DNA from: Flavobacterium sp.
GTDB lineage: Bacteria; Bacteroidota; Bacteroidia; Flavobacteriales; Flavobacteriaceae
Direction of reading: 5' to 3'
NCBI RefSeq assembly: GCF_043779715.1
Contig: NZ_JAYWDT010000240.1
Coordinates: forward strand, 1,621-65,620
Length of the DNA: 64,000 nt
Position numbers and translations under genes: made by a program. Shown piece after piece: positions 32,571 to 42,637 of the stretch (the stretch's first letter is position 1; every line of letters starts with the position of its first letter). Under the pieces are notes generated by a model that worked only from the letters and a program-made list of their open reading frames with translations, did no database searches and had not been told where the DNA came from.

Positions 32571-33407
32571 CTATAATGGTTCAGTGTAGTCTTTTTCGGT
32601 TGTGGTGTTGAGTTGTTTTGGTCGGTTTGGTTCTGCATTTGGGATGAATTTTGGTGCGTTTAATATCCAGTTTTGTGCTGCTGCTTGCCAATCGACCATT
32701 GGTGTTTTGCCACCAACTAACCAGCCGATACTGGAGAAGTAATTGAAGAATTTTTGGGCTTCGAGTTCTGGGAAGTTTTGTTCGAGGAAATAGGATTTAA
32801 CATTTTCGATTGTTGGTTTTTTATCTTTCTTTTTTTCGCGCAACTTTTTTTCTTTCTCTTCTCCGGCTTCGGTTGATAAGATTGCTTCGTTCTTCGCAAT
32901 GACATTTTCTTCAATTTTTTTTGATTGCTCGCCCAAGTTTAAGCCGTTTGAATTGTTTAAATCGTTTGTAATGTTTGTATTGTTTATATAAGGTACTACG
33001 ACTTGTTCATTAACCTGTTCACTACTTGTTTCATCACTAGTACAGGACTTGTTCACTACTTGTTCAATAACTGGTTTAAAATTTGAACTGGCACTTTTTG
33101 GTAAAGGCTTTAAATCATCGGAGAAATTGAATAAAAAAACATGACTGCCTTTGAATGGATTGTAGGATGGTTCGTATTTTATATACCCTTGCGCATGCAA
33201 TGCTTTGAGACATTTATGATAGGTTGCTTTTGAGCTGATTTTGCTTATTCGCATTATTTCATCACGAGAAATACTGATTGGATTTCTGAACCGATTGCAA
33301 TTCCAGAATTGAAATAGCGACATGTATAAACTTACATGTGTTGGATTGAGCAATTTATCTTTTGCTACTCTGTCGAAAAATCCAGTTAGGTGTTTTATAT
33401 AATTCAT
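32571..33407 (-). CDS. Replication-initiator-like protein (N-terminal wHTH, C-terminal conserved helical domain)
   Basis: LNPTHVSLYMSLFQFWN..wHTH; PT.E.V..YF..F.NYF.S.GWLVG.K.PM.DWQAAA.NW; sits between xis-like and ATPase genes. Confidence 0.65.
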   Translation of the reverse strand: MNYIKHLTGFFDRVAKDKLLNPTHVSLYMSLFQFWNCNRFRNPISISRDEIMRISKISSKATYHKCLKALHAQGYIKYEPSYNPFKGSHVFLFNFSDDLKPLPKSASSNFKPVIEQVVNKSCTSDETSSEQVNEQVVVPYINNTNITNDLNNSNGLNLGEQSKKIEENVIAKNEAILSTEAGEEKEKKLREKKKDKKPTIENVKSYFLEQNFPELEAQKFFNYFSSIGWLVGGKTPMVDWQAAAQNWILNAPKFIPNAEPNRPKQLNTTTEKDYTEPL

Positions 33408-33415
33408 AGTATGAA

Positions 33416-33709
33416 TTACTTAGAGTTGAATAATGTGCGTTCGGAGCTGACTTTGTTTTGGTCTAATAGTTTTTCAATATCCTTGTATGGATAATAGATA
33501 ATACCTCCAATCTTGGTATAGGATAAGGTTTTGTTGATGCGTAATGTTTGCAGTGTTCCTGGAGAAATGTTGAGTAGCTTTCTAACTTCGGATGATTTTA
33601 ACCATTGTTTGGTTTGCTCTGTTTTGCTTTGGAAGATTTCTCGAATGTCGTCTAGTAGTAACGTACGGAAATCATTTAAGTCTTGTTTAGTAAGGATTTC
33701 AATTGCCAT
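33416..33709 (-). CDS. Excisionase-like HTH DNA-binding protein
   Basis: WLKSSEVRKLLNISPGTLQTLR..YTKIGG..YY (HTH_17/MerR-like). Confidence 0.85.
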   Translation of the reverse strand: MAIEILTKQDLNDFRTLLLDDIREIFQSKTEQTKQWLKSSEVRKLLNISPGTLQTLRINKTLSYTKIGGIIYYPYKDIEKLLDQNKVSSERTLFNSK

Positions 33710-33810
33710 AATATATGTTTTACATTGTTATGGCACAAAATTGTATGATTTGAGATTATTTATTTCACAAGTCAATCACAAGTTGTGAAAGAAAAAGAGG
33801 CAATTAATTT

Positions 33811-35499
33811 CTAATTGCCTGTATTTATTGACTTCTTTAATTTATAAATGAAATAAGTTGGTGAAATTCCGTTTCGTTCTTTGAAGGCACGAGTGAAATT
33901 TTGAGTGGAACCAAAACCAGCCTCGTCGCTCAAGGCTTTGTTAGTATAATTTCGGTATCTACTTTCTGTTTTGAGTTTTTCTATAATGTAATTTATTTTT
34001 AAATCTGTAATGTATTCAATAGTACCTTTTCCTCTGTGTTTGGCAATAACTCTGGTAACGTATTTTGTATTTGTACTTAATAGAGTAGCCATTCTTGCTA
34101 GGTTCATGTCTTTTTCTAAAAACTTATTTTCGCTTTCTAATTTTTCTAACTTTTTAATTATTGCATCTTCAATATCTTGACTGATATCTTGTGTAACCGC
34201 TTTGCTTGAAATTTTTGGAACACTTGGTGATTTTGTATCGCGTTTCATTATTTCATTAAAAAGTCGTTTGTTTTTGAAGTGCTTGTATATTAAAAAAGCA
34301 ATAATTGAAATCAGTATGCAGATGATACCAAAAGCCATTATGGTTCTGAACGTCATGGCATTTTCAATCTCTTGTTTTGACTTTAATAATTCTTTAGTGT
34401 CGTATTCTTTGACTACTTTTTTTAATAGGTATTTATAATTTTGACCTAGAATACTGTCCACTTTTAAAAGTTGATCAATATAATAAAGTTGCGATTTTGT
34501 ATTTCCTTTTTGTTTGTAATAAGCGATTAGTTTTTCATAGCCTTCGCGTAGGTCTGGACGGATGTATTTTTCTTTTTTGAATATTTCCTCTACTTTTTTA
34601 AAATAGATTATCGCTTTATCCTTTTGATTTAAAGCCCAAAATGATTTTCCGATATAGAAATATGCCACTGATGCGTTTGCAAAATCTTTCTTGCTTTGTA
34701 TTGTTGGCAGAACTAAAGTTAATTTAGAAATAGCTTCATTATATTTTTTCAAACCACAAAGATTTACACCTTCAGAATGGATGAAATACGGTTGCATTTC
34801 GAGGTTGTTCAATCTTTTTCCTTCGTCAATTCCAGTTTGATTTGTAACGGTACACCATGCATAATTTCCAATTCGATTGTAACACAAACCCAATGAATGT
34901 AATGAGTTGAGGTATGCTCTGTCGTTTTCTTCCTTAAAATAATCAATACATTCTCTAAATAAACTGATGGCTTCATCATAGAAACCAAGGTAGGATTTGG
35001 TTTGTGCAATGCCGTATTTTAGTTTATAGATTGAATACTCGTCATTAGTTTTAGAGATATAAGTATCTGCAATAATAAAATTATCTAATGCTTTGTTGTG
35101 CTCTTTTTTACCATAGTACACTGTTGCCTTAGTGAGATAGGCATTGCCAATTATTAAGTTATCTTTTGTGTTCATGGAAACACTAATTATGCTATCTGCA
35201 TAATTCAAATGATACTTCTTATCTACTAGATACATTATGGTTTTGTATGCTAAAGTCACTTGCTCATAGTCATTCTGCTTCTTAGCTTTTTCTAACCATG
35301 CTTTTGCATACCTATTTGATTTGACAGTATCATTCCCATATCGGACTGCCGCTTGACTTAAATAATCATAACTTTTGGAAGATAGACTATCTGAATTTTT
35401 ACCATAGTTGTCTTGTGCATTACTATAATGCGAAATTAGTAGTACTAGAAATAGTAAGCGTTTTTTTGTAATCATTTTAAGGATTTGGGGCTTAATCAA
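33811..35499 (-). CDS. Membrane-anchored TPR-sensor AraC-family regulator
   Basis: Signal peptide, periplasmic TPR-like helices, one TM, C-terminal AraC (ALSDEAGFGSTQNFTRAFKERNGISP). Confidence 0.88.
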   Translation of the reverse strand: MIKPQILKMITKKRLLFLVLLISHYSNAQDNYGKNSDSLSSKSYDYLSQAAVRYGNDTVKSNRYAKAWLEKAKKQNDYEQVTLAYKTIMYLVDKKYHLNYADSIISVSMNTKDNLIIGNAYLTKATVYYGKKEHNKALDNFIIADTYISKTNDEYSIYKLKYGIAQTKSYLGFYDEAISLFRECIDYFKEENDRAYLNSLHSLGLCYNRIGNYAWCTVTNQTGIDEGKRLNNLEMQPYFIHSEGVNLCGLKKYNEAISKLTLVLPTIQSKKDFANASVAYFYIGKSFWALNQKDKAIIYFKKVEEIFKKEKYIRPDLREGYEKLIAYYKQKGNTKSQLYYIDQLLKVDSILGQNYKYLLKKVVKEYDTKELLKSKQEIENAMTFRTIMAFGIICILISIIAFLIYKHFKNKRLFNEIMKRDTKSPSVPKISSKAVTQDISQDIEDAIIKKLEKLESENKFLEKDMNLARMATLLSTNTKYVTRVIAKHRGKGTIEYITDLKINYIIEKLKTESRYRNYTNKALSDEAGFGSTQNFTRAFKERNGISPTYFIYKLKKSINTGN

Positions 35500-35853
35500 T
35501 TAAAAATGTAAAAGAAATATGTTTAATCTGGTGTTTTTTTGCGAATAAATGTAAATAAAATATTTAAAAAAGGCATTAGATGTAGTGACAAATTGAGAAT
35601 GTATTTTATTAAGTGTAATGTATTGAAGGGTTGTGTTTTTCTATTTGTTTTTAAGTGTTTCATTCCCGAATGACACATTCTACATTCGGGAATGGCGCAC
35701 CAGTTGGCTTGTGAGATGGGAATAAGGCAGTTAGTTTTGTCTTGAATTCAATCGGTTTTGTTATGAGCACAACCAAATCCTAGTTCAATTATCCCGGGCT
35801 AAATGAACTGATGAAAAAAAAGTAATCAGTAACATTCTAACACATTAAATCAC

Positions 35854-36591
35854 ATGAAAAATATACACTCATGCACGCCAATTATTGCCTTTTTTATTAT
35901 GTTGAGTACAGGATTTGTATCTTGTAGCTCTGATAATGAAACTACGAATTCTGAAAATGCCAATTCTCATTCCGCTAAACTTATTACAACTTTACCAGGA
36001 AATGATGCCAATCCTTATGACGAAGTCGGATGGCTTTACAATGAATTGTTTGATACGTATTACACCAATGGAAATTTGGGTGGCACGGTTCCTCAAATTA
36101 TAACCAAAGTACAAACTATAGCTGATGCTAGTTCAAGTTTTAATTCGATTAAAGGTTCATCCTATCATAACGTTTCAAGTGCTATAGTATTGAATTTACT
36201 TGAACATCCAACAACTTGTGTCAATGATGTTATCTCCGCGTCGAGTATGTCAACATCAGCCAAATCGAGTTTATCAAACTTTATTAATTCGTTTATTATC
36301 TTTCTTGATAATGAGACTGATTGTGATGTTATTTATGATAAAATTGTAGCGTACGAGAATGGCGTATTGCTTAACTCTTCATTAAATCAGACTGATAAGC
36401 GTATTATTTTCACCACAACATCGGTAGCTAGACATTCAGCTTACAGAGCTAATAAAAAACCAAAAAAGAATACTGATCCAGATTGGACTGTACTTATTGG
36501 AAATATTATTGCTTCCACTGAAGGTGCTGAATATGGTTCGGCTGAAGCGGCAACTATGGCTCTTGTGACTGGGATTGCTCAGAATGATTAA
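35854..36591 (+). CDS. Hypothetical lipoprotein
   Basis: Lipobox FVSC; divergent from the TPR-AraC gene. Confidence 0.7.
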   Translation: MKNIHSCTPIIAFFIMLSTGFVSCSSDNETTNSENANSHSAKLITTLPGNDANPYDEVGWLYNELFDTYYTNGNLGGTVPQIITKVQTIADASSSFNSIKGSSYHNVSSAIVLNLLEHPTTCVNDVISASSMSTSAKSSLSNFINSFIIFLDNETDCDVIYDKIVAYENGVLLNSSLNQTDKRIIFTTTSVARHSAYRANKKPKKNTDPDWTVLIGNIIASTEGAEYGSAEAATMALVTGIAQND

Positions 36592-36633
36592 GAAGAAAAT
36601 AGAAAAAGGTTTTTCGCGAGCTCGCAATTTCAG

Positions 36634-36666
36634 AATATGGGTTGTCAATTTTTGACAGCCCATATT
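36634..36666. terminator. Bidirectional hairpin between convergent lipoprotein and rteC genes
   Basis: AATATGGGTTGTCAA-TTT-TTGACAGCCCATATT, 15-bp stem with one G-U pair. Confidence 0.75.
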
Positions 36667-37507
36667 AATTTTCGTCAGCATCTTCCATGCGCAGTATTAG
36701 TTTTTCTTTTAAGGTGTTTAGGAATTTTGTTCTTTCTGATTTTCTAGTACGGATTTCTAGAAAGGCACGGTTGAATTGTCCTAAATTGATATTGAAAGTA
36801 GTTTCAAAAAAAGTGGTTACTTCTTTTAGTTCGGATGTGCCGTGATTAAAAACACCTTCGGTGTGCAGTGCATAAATTAATTCGATTAGTCCCACTTTTG
36901 ATCCAGTCCATTTTTGAGTTTTGGGGTTTATGACATTAGTAATGGTTTCTTCTTTTTGTTCTAGTTTTAAAATCTCATTATCTATGTAGCTTTTTATCTT
37001 TTCGTTTGCTAGAATTTTAGCTACTTTATAATCGTGTGATGTTGAAAATCTATTATCTGCTTGAAAGTAGAAGCTGTCCAATGTATGCCTTAAATCGTGC
37101 TTTCCTCGTAGAAAATATTTGTGATCTAAACTTTTATTATCCGTTCTGTAATATTTGTAGAAGTCTTTATTCTCATTATAAAACGTTTGCAGTTTGACTA
37201 GTTCGAGATTGAAGTATTTTCGGATTGCTTTTTTGGAACCGAATGGCTTATTGGTTTCTATATTGTAGATTTCGTTGTAGTAAATTAGTTTGGCCGCAAA
37301 TTGCGGTTTGGTATCGCGAAAGAAACTAATTTCCTCTGATTTGTTTGTAAACGTATGCTTTAGGAATTTTGTTTTCAGGTTTTCAAAAATTGGAATAAGC
37401 GTTTTGATTGCTAATTCTGCGTATTGAACTGTATTGTCTGTTTCGGAATGAATGCCTTGTAGTTGTTTGTCTAGTTCAGACATTAGTTGTTCGGAAAACA
37501 ATTTCAT
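36665..37507 (-). CDS. rteC: RteC-domain regulator of Bacteroidota conjugative elements
   Basis: EEI.FFR..KPQ..KLIYY; WTGSKVGLIELIYAL; RK..RTKFL..LKE.L. Confidence 0.88.
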   Translation of the reverse strand: MKLFSEQLMSELDKQLQGIHSETDNTVQYAELAIKTLIPIFENLKTKFLKHTFTNKSEEISFFRDTKPQFAAKLIYYNEIYNIETNKPFGSKKAIRKYFNLELVKLQTFYNENKDFYKYYRTDNKSLDHKYFLRGKHDLRHTLDSFYFQADNRFSTSHDYKVAKILANEKIKSYIDNEILKLEQKEETITNVINPKTQKWTGSKVGLIELIYALHTEGVFNHGTSELKEVTTFFETTFNINLGQFNRAFLEIRTRKSERTKFLNTLKEKLILRMEDADEN

Positions 37508-37708
37508 ACGCTACTGTTTTAGTTTGATAGAAAGCAAATCTATTGGAGTAGTGTTATTGTTGCAAGTGGTTTGGTGTTGTATTCCCGAATTGAACAGGTT
37601 TGATTCCCGAATTGAATAACACATTTTCTTCGCTTTGCTCAGAGTTTTGGAACACAGATTAAACGGATTTTCACAGATTTTATTTATAGTAGAGTTGGTT
37701 AATATCTT

Positions 37709-38698
37709 TTAAGAGAAAGTTTCTCTATCGACTTTCCAGTCGACTTTCTCTAGTCTTTCCTTTACCGTATTAAGAGTTGCCAAGATTTGTTTTTCGGTTG
37801 GTAGTTCTCCATATACTAATTCTTTGAATGTTGTATTGTAGGTATTGCGTAATTGATTCCAAGTGTTTTCAATGTTGGCATAAATCATAGCTATTGCCGG
37901 ATGATTGTCGAGCCAACCGTTATTATTCTTAAAACTTATTACATCGTCATTTGCAACAATTAGCAATAAACTGTCAAACTCATTTGATAGGAAAAAAGTC
38001 TTAATTTCTTCTTTCTCCAACAATTTATGTATGTCGTAAATGTGTCTGATTTTGTTGTTTAAGTCGGTAATTGGATCTTCGGTAAATGAAAAACGCATTA
38101 AGCTCATTATTTTTTCACAAAGTGTGCGCTCCAGACTTAATACAAGGACTTCGAATGGATTTAAATTGTATTGGTTTATCAATTCTTCTTGGTTGTTTTC
38201 TTTCATCATTTCTGAGACAAAGGAAGTGACTGTTGCATTAGTATATGGTTCGAAGCTTCCTAACCAAGTAGATTCTACAATGATAATATCACGAACTTGA
38301 CCAAATTGACCTTCAAAGGTTTTGGTGTAGCTGTGTGCTGTTTTTCGAATCATTCCCATTTTATTTGTAATTCCTTCCACCTCAATTTCTGGTAAAATTT
38401 CGGCAACTACATTTGAAATTTTCTTGATTTTGGTTTTTAACTGATTTCCAGTTTCTGCCTCATTTCTGAGAATGACCATATCAATATCTTCTGAAAATCG
38501 TTCGATTATGTTGTAGCATTTTGATAATGCTGTTCCGCCTTTAAAGACAGCTTCCTTTCCAATATCCGAAGTAAAAATTCGGTGTAATGCCAGTGTAACC
38601 CAGTAATCTTTTTCGACATAAATTTCCTTAATTCCTTTTTGCTGTGCTGTTGCAAGAATTGCATCGTTATATAGCTCTTTATTTTCGTGTAGTGTCAT
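37709..38698 (-). CDS. AbiEii/AbiGii-type nucleotidyltransferase toxin (type IV TA)
   Basis: EKDYWVT, FKGGTALSK, RFSEDID, RHIYDI. Confidence 0.92.
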   Translation of the reverse strand: MTLHENKELYNDAILATAQQKGIKEIYVEKDYWVTLALHRIFTSDIGKEAVFKGGTALSKCYNIIERFSEDIDMVILRNEAETGNQLKTKIKKISNVVAEILPEIEVEGITNKMGMIRKTAHSYTKTFEGQFGQVRDIIIVESTWLGSFEPYTNATVTSFVSEMMKENNQEELINQYNLNPFEVLVLSLERTLCEKIMSLMRFSFTEDPITDLNNKIRHIYDIHKLLEKEEIKTFFLSNEFDSLLLIVANDDVISFKNNNGWLDNHPAIAMIYANIENTWNQLRNTYNTTFKELVYGELPTEKQILATLNTVKERLEKVDWKVDRETFS

Positions 38699-39420
38699 AC
38701 TATGTTCCAGTTTTTGGCATTCGGTAAAATATCTTCGGTAATTTTATATTCATATTGCGAAAGTGGGTTTAGACTTTCTTTTAAAGGCTTTATTTCGTTG
38801 GCTATTTCAAAATATTCAATTATTGCTCCTAAAATTGCACGAACTCTTGGTGGGTATTTTAAGGCGTATTTTACCAGCAGATTTTTATCTTTTTCACTCC
38901 ATTTTTTCATTTCGTTTGCTAAAAGTAGCACTGCTGATCTTTTATTCATATCTGGAATTTGCTTAAAATCCTTTAGTGCGTCTAAAATTTCTAATATGTA
39001 GTAGTTTTTATCAGAAACATCGATGTAACTTTTTACAGGTTTTCCTTTTATATTTCCGATGGAAACAAAAATTCGTTTGTCTCGGCTTGCAATTTTAATG
39101 ACTTTAGGTACTTGTGTTGTTAAGCCCAGTCGATTGTATAAACTTAGTCCGGTTATGTATGCAATTCTTTTATCATTTTCGAATAGATAGTTTTTTAAAA
39201 GTTCTTCTTCTCTTGGTTTTAATTCACCAAAAACAGTTTGTTTTGGTTTGTAAAACACTCCGGTAGATGCGCGCTTTAACATTCCTTTCTTTATTAAACG
39301 CTCTAATGTTTTAGCTGTAGCAGCGTATTCCTCTGATTTTACAGCAAGTGTTTGATAGGTGAATGTAGTGCCTATTGGCAGCTTTTTTACTTTGTTTTCT
39401 ATTTTACTTGAAATTGTCAT
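38695..39420 (-). CDS. AbiEi-like/DUF6088-type antitoxin (wHTH)
   Basis: N-terminal wHTH, YITGLSLYNRLGLTTQVP; 4-nt overlap with the toxin gene. Confidence 0.85.
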   Translation of the reverse strand: MTISSKIENKVKKLPIGTTFTYQTLAVKSEEYAATAKTLERLIKKGMLKRASTGVFYKPKQTVFGELKPREEELLKNYLFENDKRIAYITGLSLYNRLGLTTQVPKVIKIASRDKRIFVSIGNIKGKPVKSYIDVSDKNYYILEILDALKDFKQIPDMNKRSAVLLLANEMKKWSEKDKNLLVKYALKYPPRVRAILGAIIEYFEIANEIKPLKESLNPLSQYEYKITEDILPNAKNWNIV

Positions 39421-39605
39421 GTTTCGTAATTGTTTTACAAAGATATGTTATTTTTTTTATTTGTCAAGTAAACGAAGCAATATACTTGACAAAATATTTT
39501 ACTTAGCTTTGTTAAACACTGCTTTAGTTCATTTTATAGACTTGACTTTCTCGAAAAAAAAGACTAACTTTACCACACTTTTTTAAAGTAATAAAATGCA
39601 TGCGC

Positions 39606-39634
39606 GATAGCACGGTTGTTTCAACCGTGCTATC
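39606..39634 (-). terminator. Hairpin terminator of the CBASS-like operon
   Basis: Perfect 13-bp stem GATAGCACGGTTG-TTT-CAACCGTGCTATC just past the stop at 39649. Confidence 0.75.
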
Positions 39635-39648
39635 AATTTATTTGTTAA

Positions 39649-40005
39649 TTAAACTAACTCAGTATTCCGTCTGATAAGTAGATTAGGAATATTTTGGAGT
39701 GTGTTTTTAAGTCTTATTGTTTTGCTTTTGACAACTGATTTTATAGAATAATAAATGCAAAAAATAGCCAATAAGCTTATTAAACAATGAAACAGCTTTT
39801 GGAGTTTGAAGCCGGAATTTATCCAACTTATTACAGCAACACAAAAATATACTACTGTAATTATCAGTAAAGCTAATAAAACCAATAAACTAGCTATGAA
39901 AAATTTAATATCAAATTGAATCCCTGCAAGTGGATTGATGATAATTAATTTTTGAAGTATTGGTAGAAAAAAGATAAAAGTAGTAAAGAGTAATTTTTGT
40001 TTCAT
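39649..40005 (-). CDS. Small multi-TM membrane protein, translationally coupled to the second nucleotidyltransferase
   Basis: Three hydrophobic segments; TAATG stop/start overlap at 40005. Confidence 0.55.
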   Translation of the reverse strand: MKQKLLFTTFIFFLPILQKLIIINPLAGIQFDIKFFIASLLVLLALLIITVVYFCVAVISWINSGFKLQKLFHCLISLLAIFCIYYSIKSVVKSKTIRLKNTLQNIPNLLIRRNTELV

Positions 40006-41084
40006 TATTGATGAAATATTTCTTTAGTATAATGTGGATTTGATTTGATTTTAGAAATATCATTGACTACAACGCTCAAAATGTTTTGCTTGCTAGAATA
40101 ATCAATGTTGTTTAGTAAATTATGATTGGAATTAGCATAGTCTAAAATCCTATTTTTAGAAAATTTAAATGCAATATGCTCCATACACCTTTTCAAATTT
40201 TCACTAATTGAAGATTCATTTCCAAAATTGTTTACAGATAATGCTTCAAGACATAACTGCTCAATTACTATATTATTTAGGTCTAAATTATTTCTATCCC
40301 TATATGCTTTTAATGTTTTAATAACATCCCTAACTCTAGGTTTATTAATTAGTAGTTTTTTTTGAATAGCAACATTAGTTTTAAAACTCTTGCCACTTTG
40401 CCAAAAATAGTTTGGACGAATATATAAGTTTAACTTTTGATCTATTTTATAATTATCAATTTCTTTACCGTAAGCGATATCTAGTTTATGATTACAATCA
40501 GTTCCCTCAAAAATTAAACTTGTTACTCTTCTTCGCTTTATTACTTTCGCTTTTTCTCCAAATAAATCTTCGATTTTGTTATGAATCTCATTTGATAAAT
40601 TTGATAGATTTCCGAACTGATTTTCTTTTTTTATCGGTAAAACAATATCAGAATCGAAAGTGCCTGCAATCGCTGTCTTTTTAGTCAGAGAACCTACACT
40701 CTCTGGATAATTGACTAGTTGGTCCTCAAACGCATCATATAAAGTGGCTTTAACTTCCTTAGTAATTGATTTTAATTCCAGCAATTTCGTTGGATTTGAA
40801 TTTACATTTTGCGTTGCAAGTATATTTTTAAGGAAAGTATCACTTGAAAATGGTTTTTTAGCATCTTCCTGAAAATTGAATTTATAGATTTCATTTCCTA
40901 TGAAACCTCCTGCAATTCCTAAAATCGCTGCTTTTTTTACTGTTTGGAATCCGTTATAATTATCCAACGTTAACTTTTGTCCCTGTTTTTTTAACCGTTC
41001 TTTCTGTTGATAATAATCCAAAATGGATGCTAATACAAATGCCACAATGACTCCTGTAACAATGTGTTTATCTTGTTTTCTCAT
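40005..41084 (-). CDS. Second cGAS/DncV-like (SMODS/OAS-like) nucleotidyltransferase with N-terminal hydrophobic/glycine-zipper segments
   Basis: GSLTKKTAIAGTFDSDIVL (GS..K.T...D.D), third Asp in KLDIAYG, KTN...Q, RDVIKTLKAY. Confidence 0.78.
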   Translation of the reverse strand: MRKQDKHIVTGVIVAFVLASILDYYQQKERLKKQGQKLTLDNYNGFQTVKKAAILGIAGGFIGNEIYKFNFQEDAKKPFSSDTFLKNILATQNVNSNPTKLLELKSITKEVKATLYDAFEDQLVNYPESVGSLTKKTAIAGTFDSDIVLPIKKENQFGNLSNLSNEIHNKIEDLFGEKAKVIKRRRVTSLIFEGTDCNHKLDIAYGKEIDNYKIDQKLNLYIRPNYFWQSGKSFKTNVAIQKKLLINKPRVRDVIKTLKAYRDRNNLDLNNIVIEQLCLEALSVNNFGNESSISENLKRCMEHIAFKFSKNRILDYANSNHNLLNNIDYSSKQNILSVVVNDISKIKSNPHYTKEIFHQ

Positions 41085-41094
41085 AATTACTCTT

Positions 41095-41517
41095 TTATTC
41101 TATATGTTCGCCTCCGCCCAGCCATTTTCCAGTTGTATGCCATAGTTCATAATAATACAGCCATAAATACGTCCACGGAATAATTGTTGTACTAATATAA
41201 TTTTTCCTAGTAAATTCAGAATACTTTGGCATATAAAGACACAATGTTTCCTGTGAATACATGTGAGGTATTTTCTCACCAGATTCATTTACCACTAAGA
41301 TAGGATTAATTACTCTAACTTGAATAGGTTTTAAAAGATGAAACTTAATTTCAATAGTATACTTTTCACTTCTAGTTGTTGGCTGTATTATACCAGTAGC
41401 TTTAAGCTGCAAAGCGTCAAAATTGACTTTCCATGAAGAGTACTTTGCTTTGATAGTATTTACTTGCTCTACTATCGTTTTATCCCTGTTCAAATTTTTA
41501 ATCTTCATTATCTCCAA
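41095..41517 (-). CDS. E2 (ubiquitin-conjugating-like) protein of short type II CBASS (Cap2-like, E2 only)
   Basis: IPHMYSQETLCLY (PH..Y..LC), TIIPW..LWLYYYELW..TGKWLGGGEH; overlaps the CD-NTase. Confidence 0.8.
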   Translation of the reverse strand: MEIMKIKNLNRDKTIVEQVNTIKAKYSSWKVNFDALQLKATGIIQPTTRSEKYTIEIKFHLLKPIQVRVINPILVVNESGEKIPHMYSQETLCLYMPKYSEFTRKNYISTTIIPWTYLWLYYYELWHTTGKWLGGGEHIE

Positions 41518-42637
41518 AAAAAGTATTTGATTTTATGGGAGCTATTGAAGCCACACCCAATGCACCTAATGTTTCCGTTTTTTTATCTATTCCTAATTGA
41601 TTATTATTTCTTGCCTTATCAATCACATCTGTCTGCGAAATTTGTGCCTTCATATACAAATCATCACCGAATAAGTCTTTTAATATCCTACCTTCAGTTA
41701 TAATTCCATTTTCTTTTTTAAGTTCCTGCCATTGCACATAAAGATGTTCGCAAAAGGCTTTGAATGCTTCATAGTACTTTGGCTCACTTTCCCATTTGTC
41801 TGTAAAATCTTCTTCGGCATTTACTGGATTGAGTACTTTAATCCTAGCTGGAATATTGAAAGTATTTCTTCTTATCTGATTGACAATATTTTCTACTGCT
41901 AAAAATATACTATCTTCACCATTATAGTATTGTCCAGCAATTGTTGTTAGAACAATGCTTGAAGTTTTATAGGTGTCATCTTTCTGAAAATAAATATCTC
42001 TATACGTCTTTATCAATTGTACTGCTCTTTGTAGCGGCTTCTTGTTTTCATAGTCATTTGAAGGTAAATTTTCGGCACGAAGTGCTTTTTCTAACAAACT
42101 TACTTTTATAGTGTTTGCTTTGTTGAGAAACCATTTTGCATAACCTCTTGGATTGGAACTAACCCAATATCCTAATTGACGGTCTGGTACACGAAGTTTA
42201 TCTTCATCCCATTCGTTTTCCTGTATTCCTGGTAAAATATCCATATGGAAATCTCCTGCATAATTTAACCTAATACAACGGTTTTTCAATTCCATTTTTT
42301 CCTTGTAAACAGAATGTTCTGACAACCTTCTTTTTAGTTCGGCATAGATTTTTTCTGGAGTATGATTATTCCATTGAGCCTTAAGATGCAGTGCAATATC
42401 TAAATCGAATTCATCTTTACCGATTGGTTTTACAGTAGTTCGAATTCTAACCGAGCCATGTGGATATAATTCATACTTAAAAGGTTTGAAAAACAGTTCA
42501 TCTGCTTCAATCCATTTTTTTATAGCTTCATAATGCTGAATCATTAAGTCATAACGTGTTTTATCCAATTGCAATGATTCAGCCATCCTATCAAGTAGGT
42601 CGTCTAATTGGATATTTTTGTCTTGAAATTGTATCAT
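41498..42637 (-). CDS. CBASS CD-NTase (cyclic oligonucleotide synthase)
   Basis: HGSVRIRTTVKP..EFDLD, FHMDILPG, SNPRGYAKWF, PLQRAVQLIK.YRD; C-terminal KSNTFFG-DNED tail. Confidence 0.92.
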   Translation of the reverse strand: MIQFQDKNIQLDDLLDRMAESLQLDKTRYDLMIQHYEAIKKWIEADELFFKPFKYELYPHGSVRIRTTVKPIGKDEFDLDIALHLKAQWNNHTPEKIYAELKRRLSEHSVYKEKMELKNRCIRLNYAGDFHMDILPGIQENEWDEDKLRVPDRQLGYWVSSNPRGYAKWFLNKANTIKVSLLEKALRAENLPSNDYENKKPLQRAVQLIKTYRDIYFQKDDTYKTSSIVLTTIAGQYYNGEDSIFLAVENIVNQIRRNTFNIPARIKVLNPVNAEEDFTDKWESEPKYYEAFKAFCEHLYVQWQELKKENGIITEGRILKDLFGDDLYMKAQISQTDVIDKARNNNQLGIDKKTETLGALGVASIAPIKSNTFFGDNED

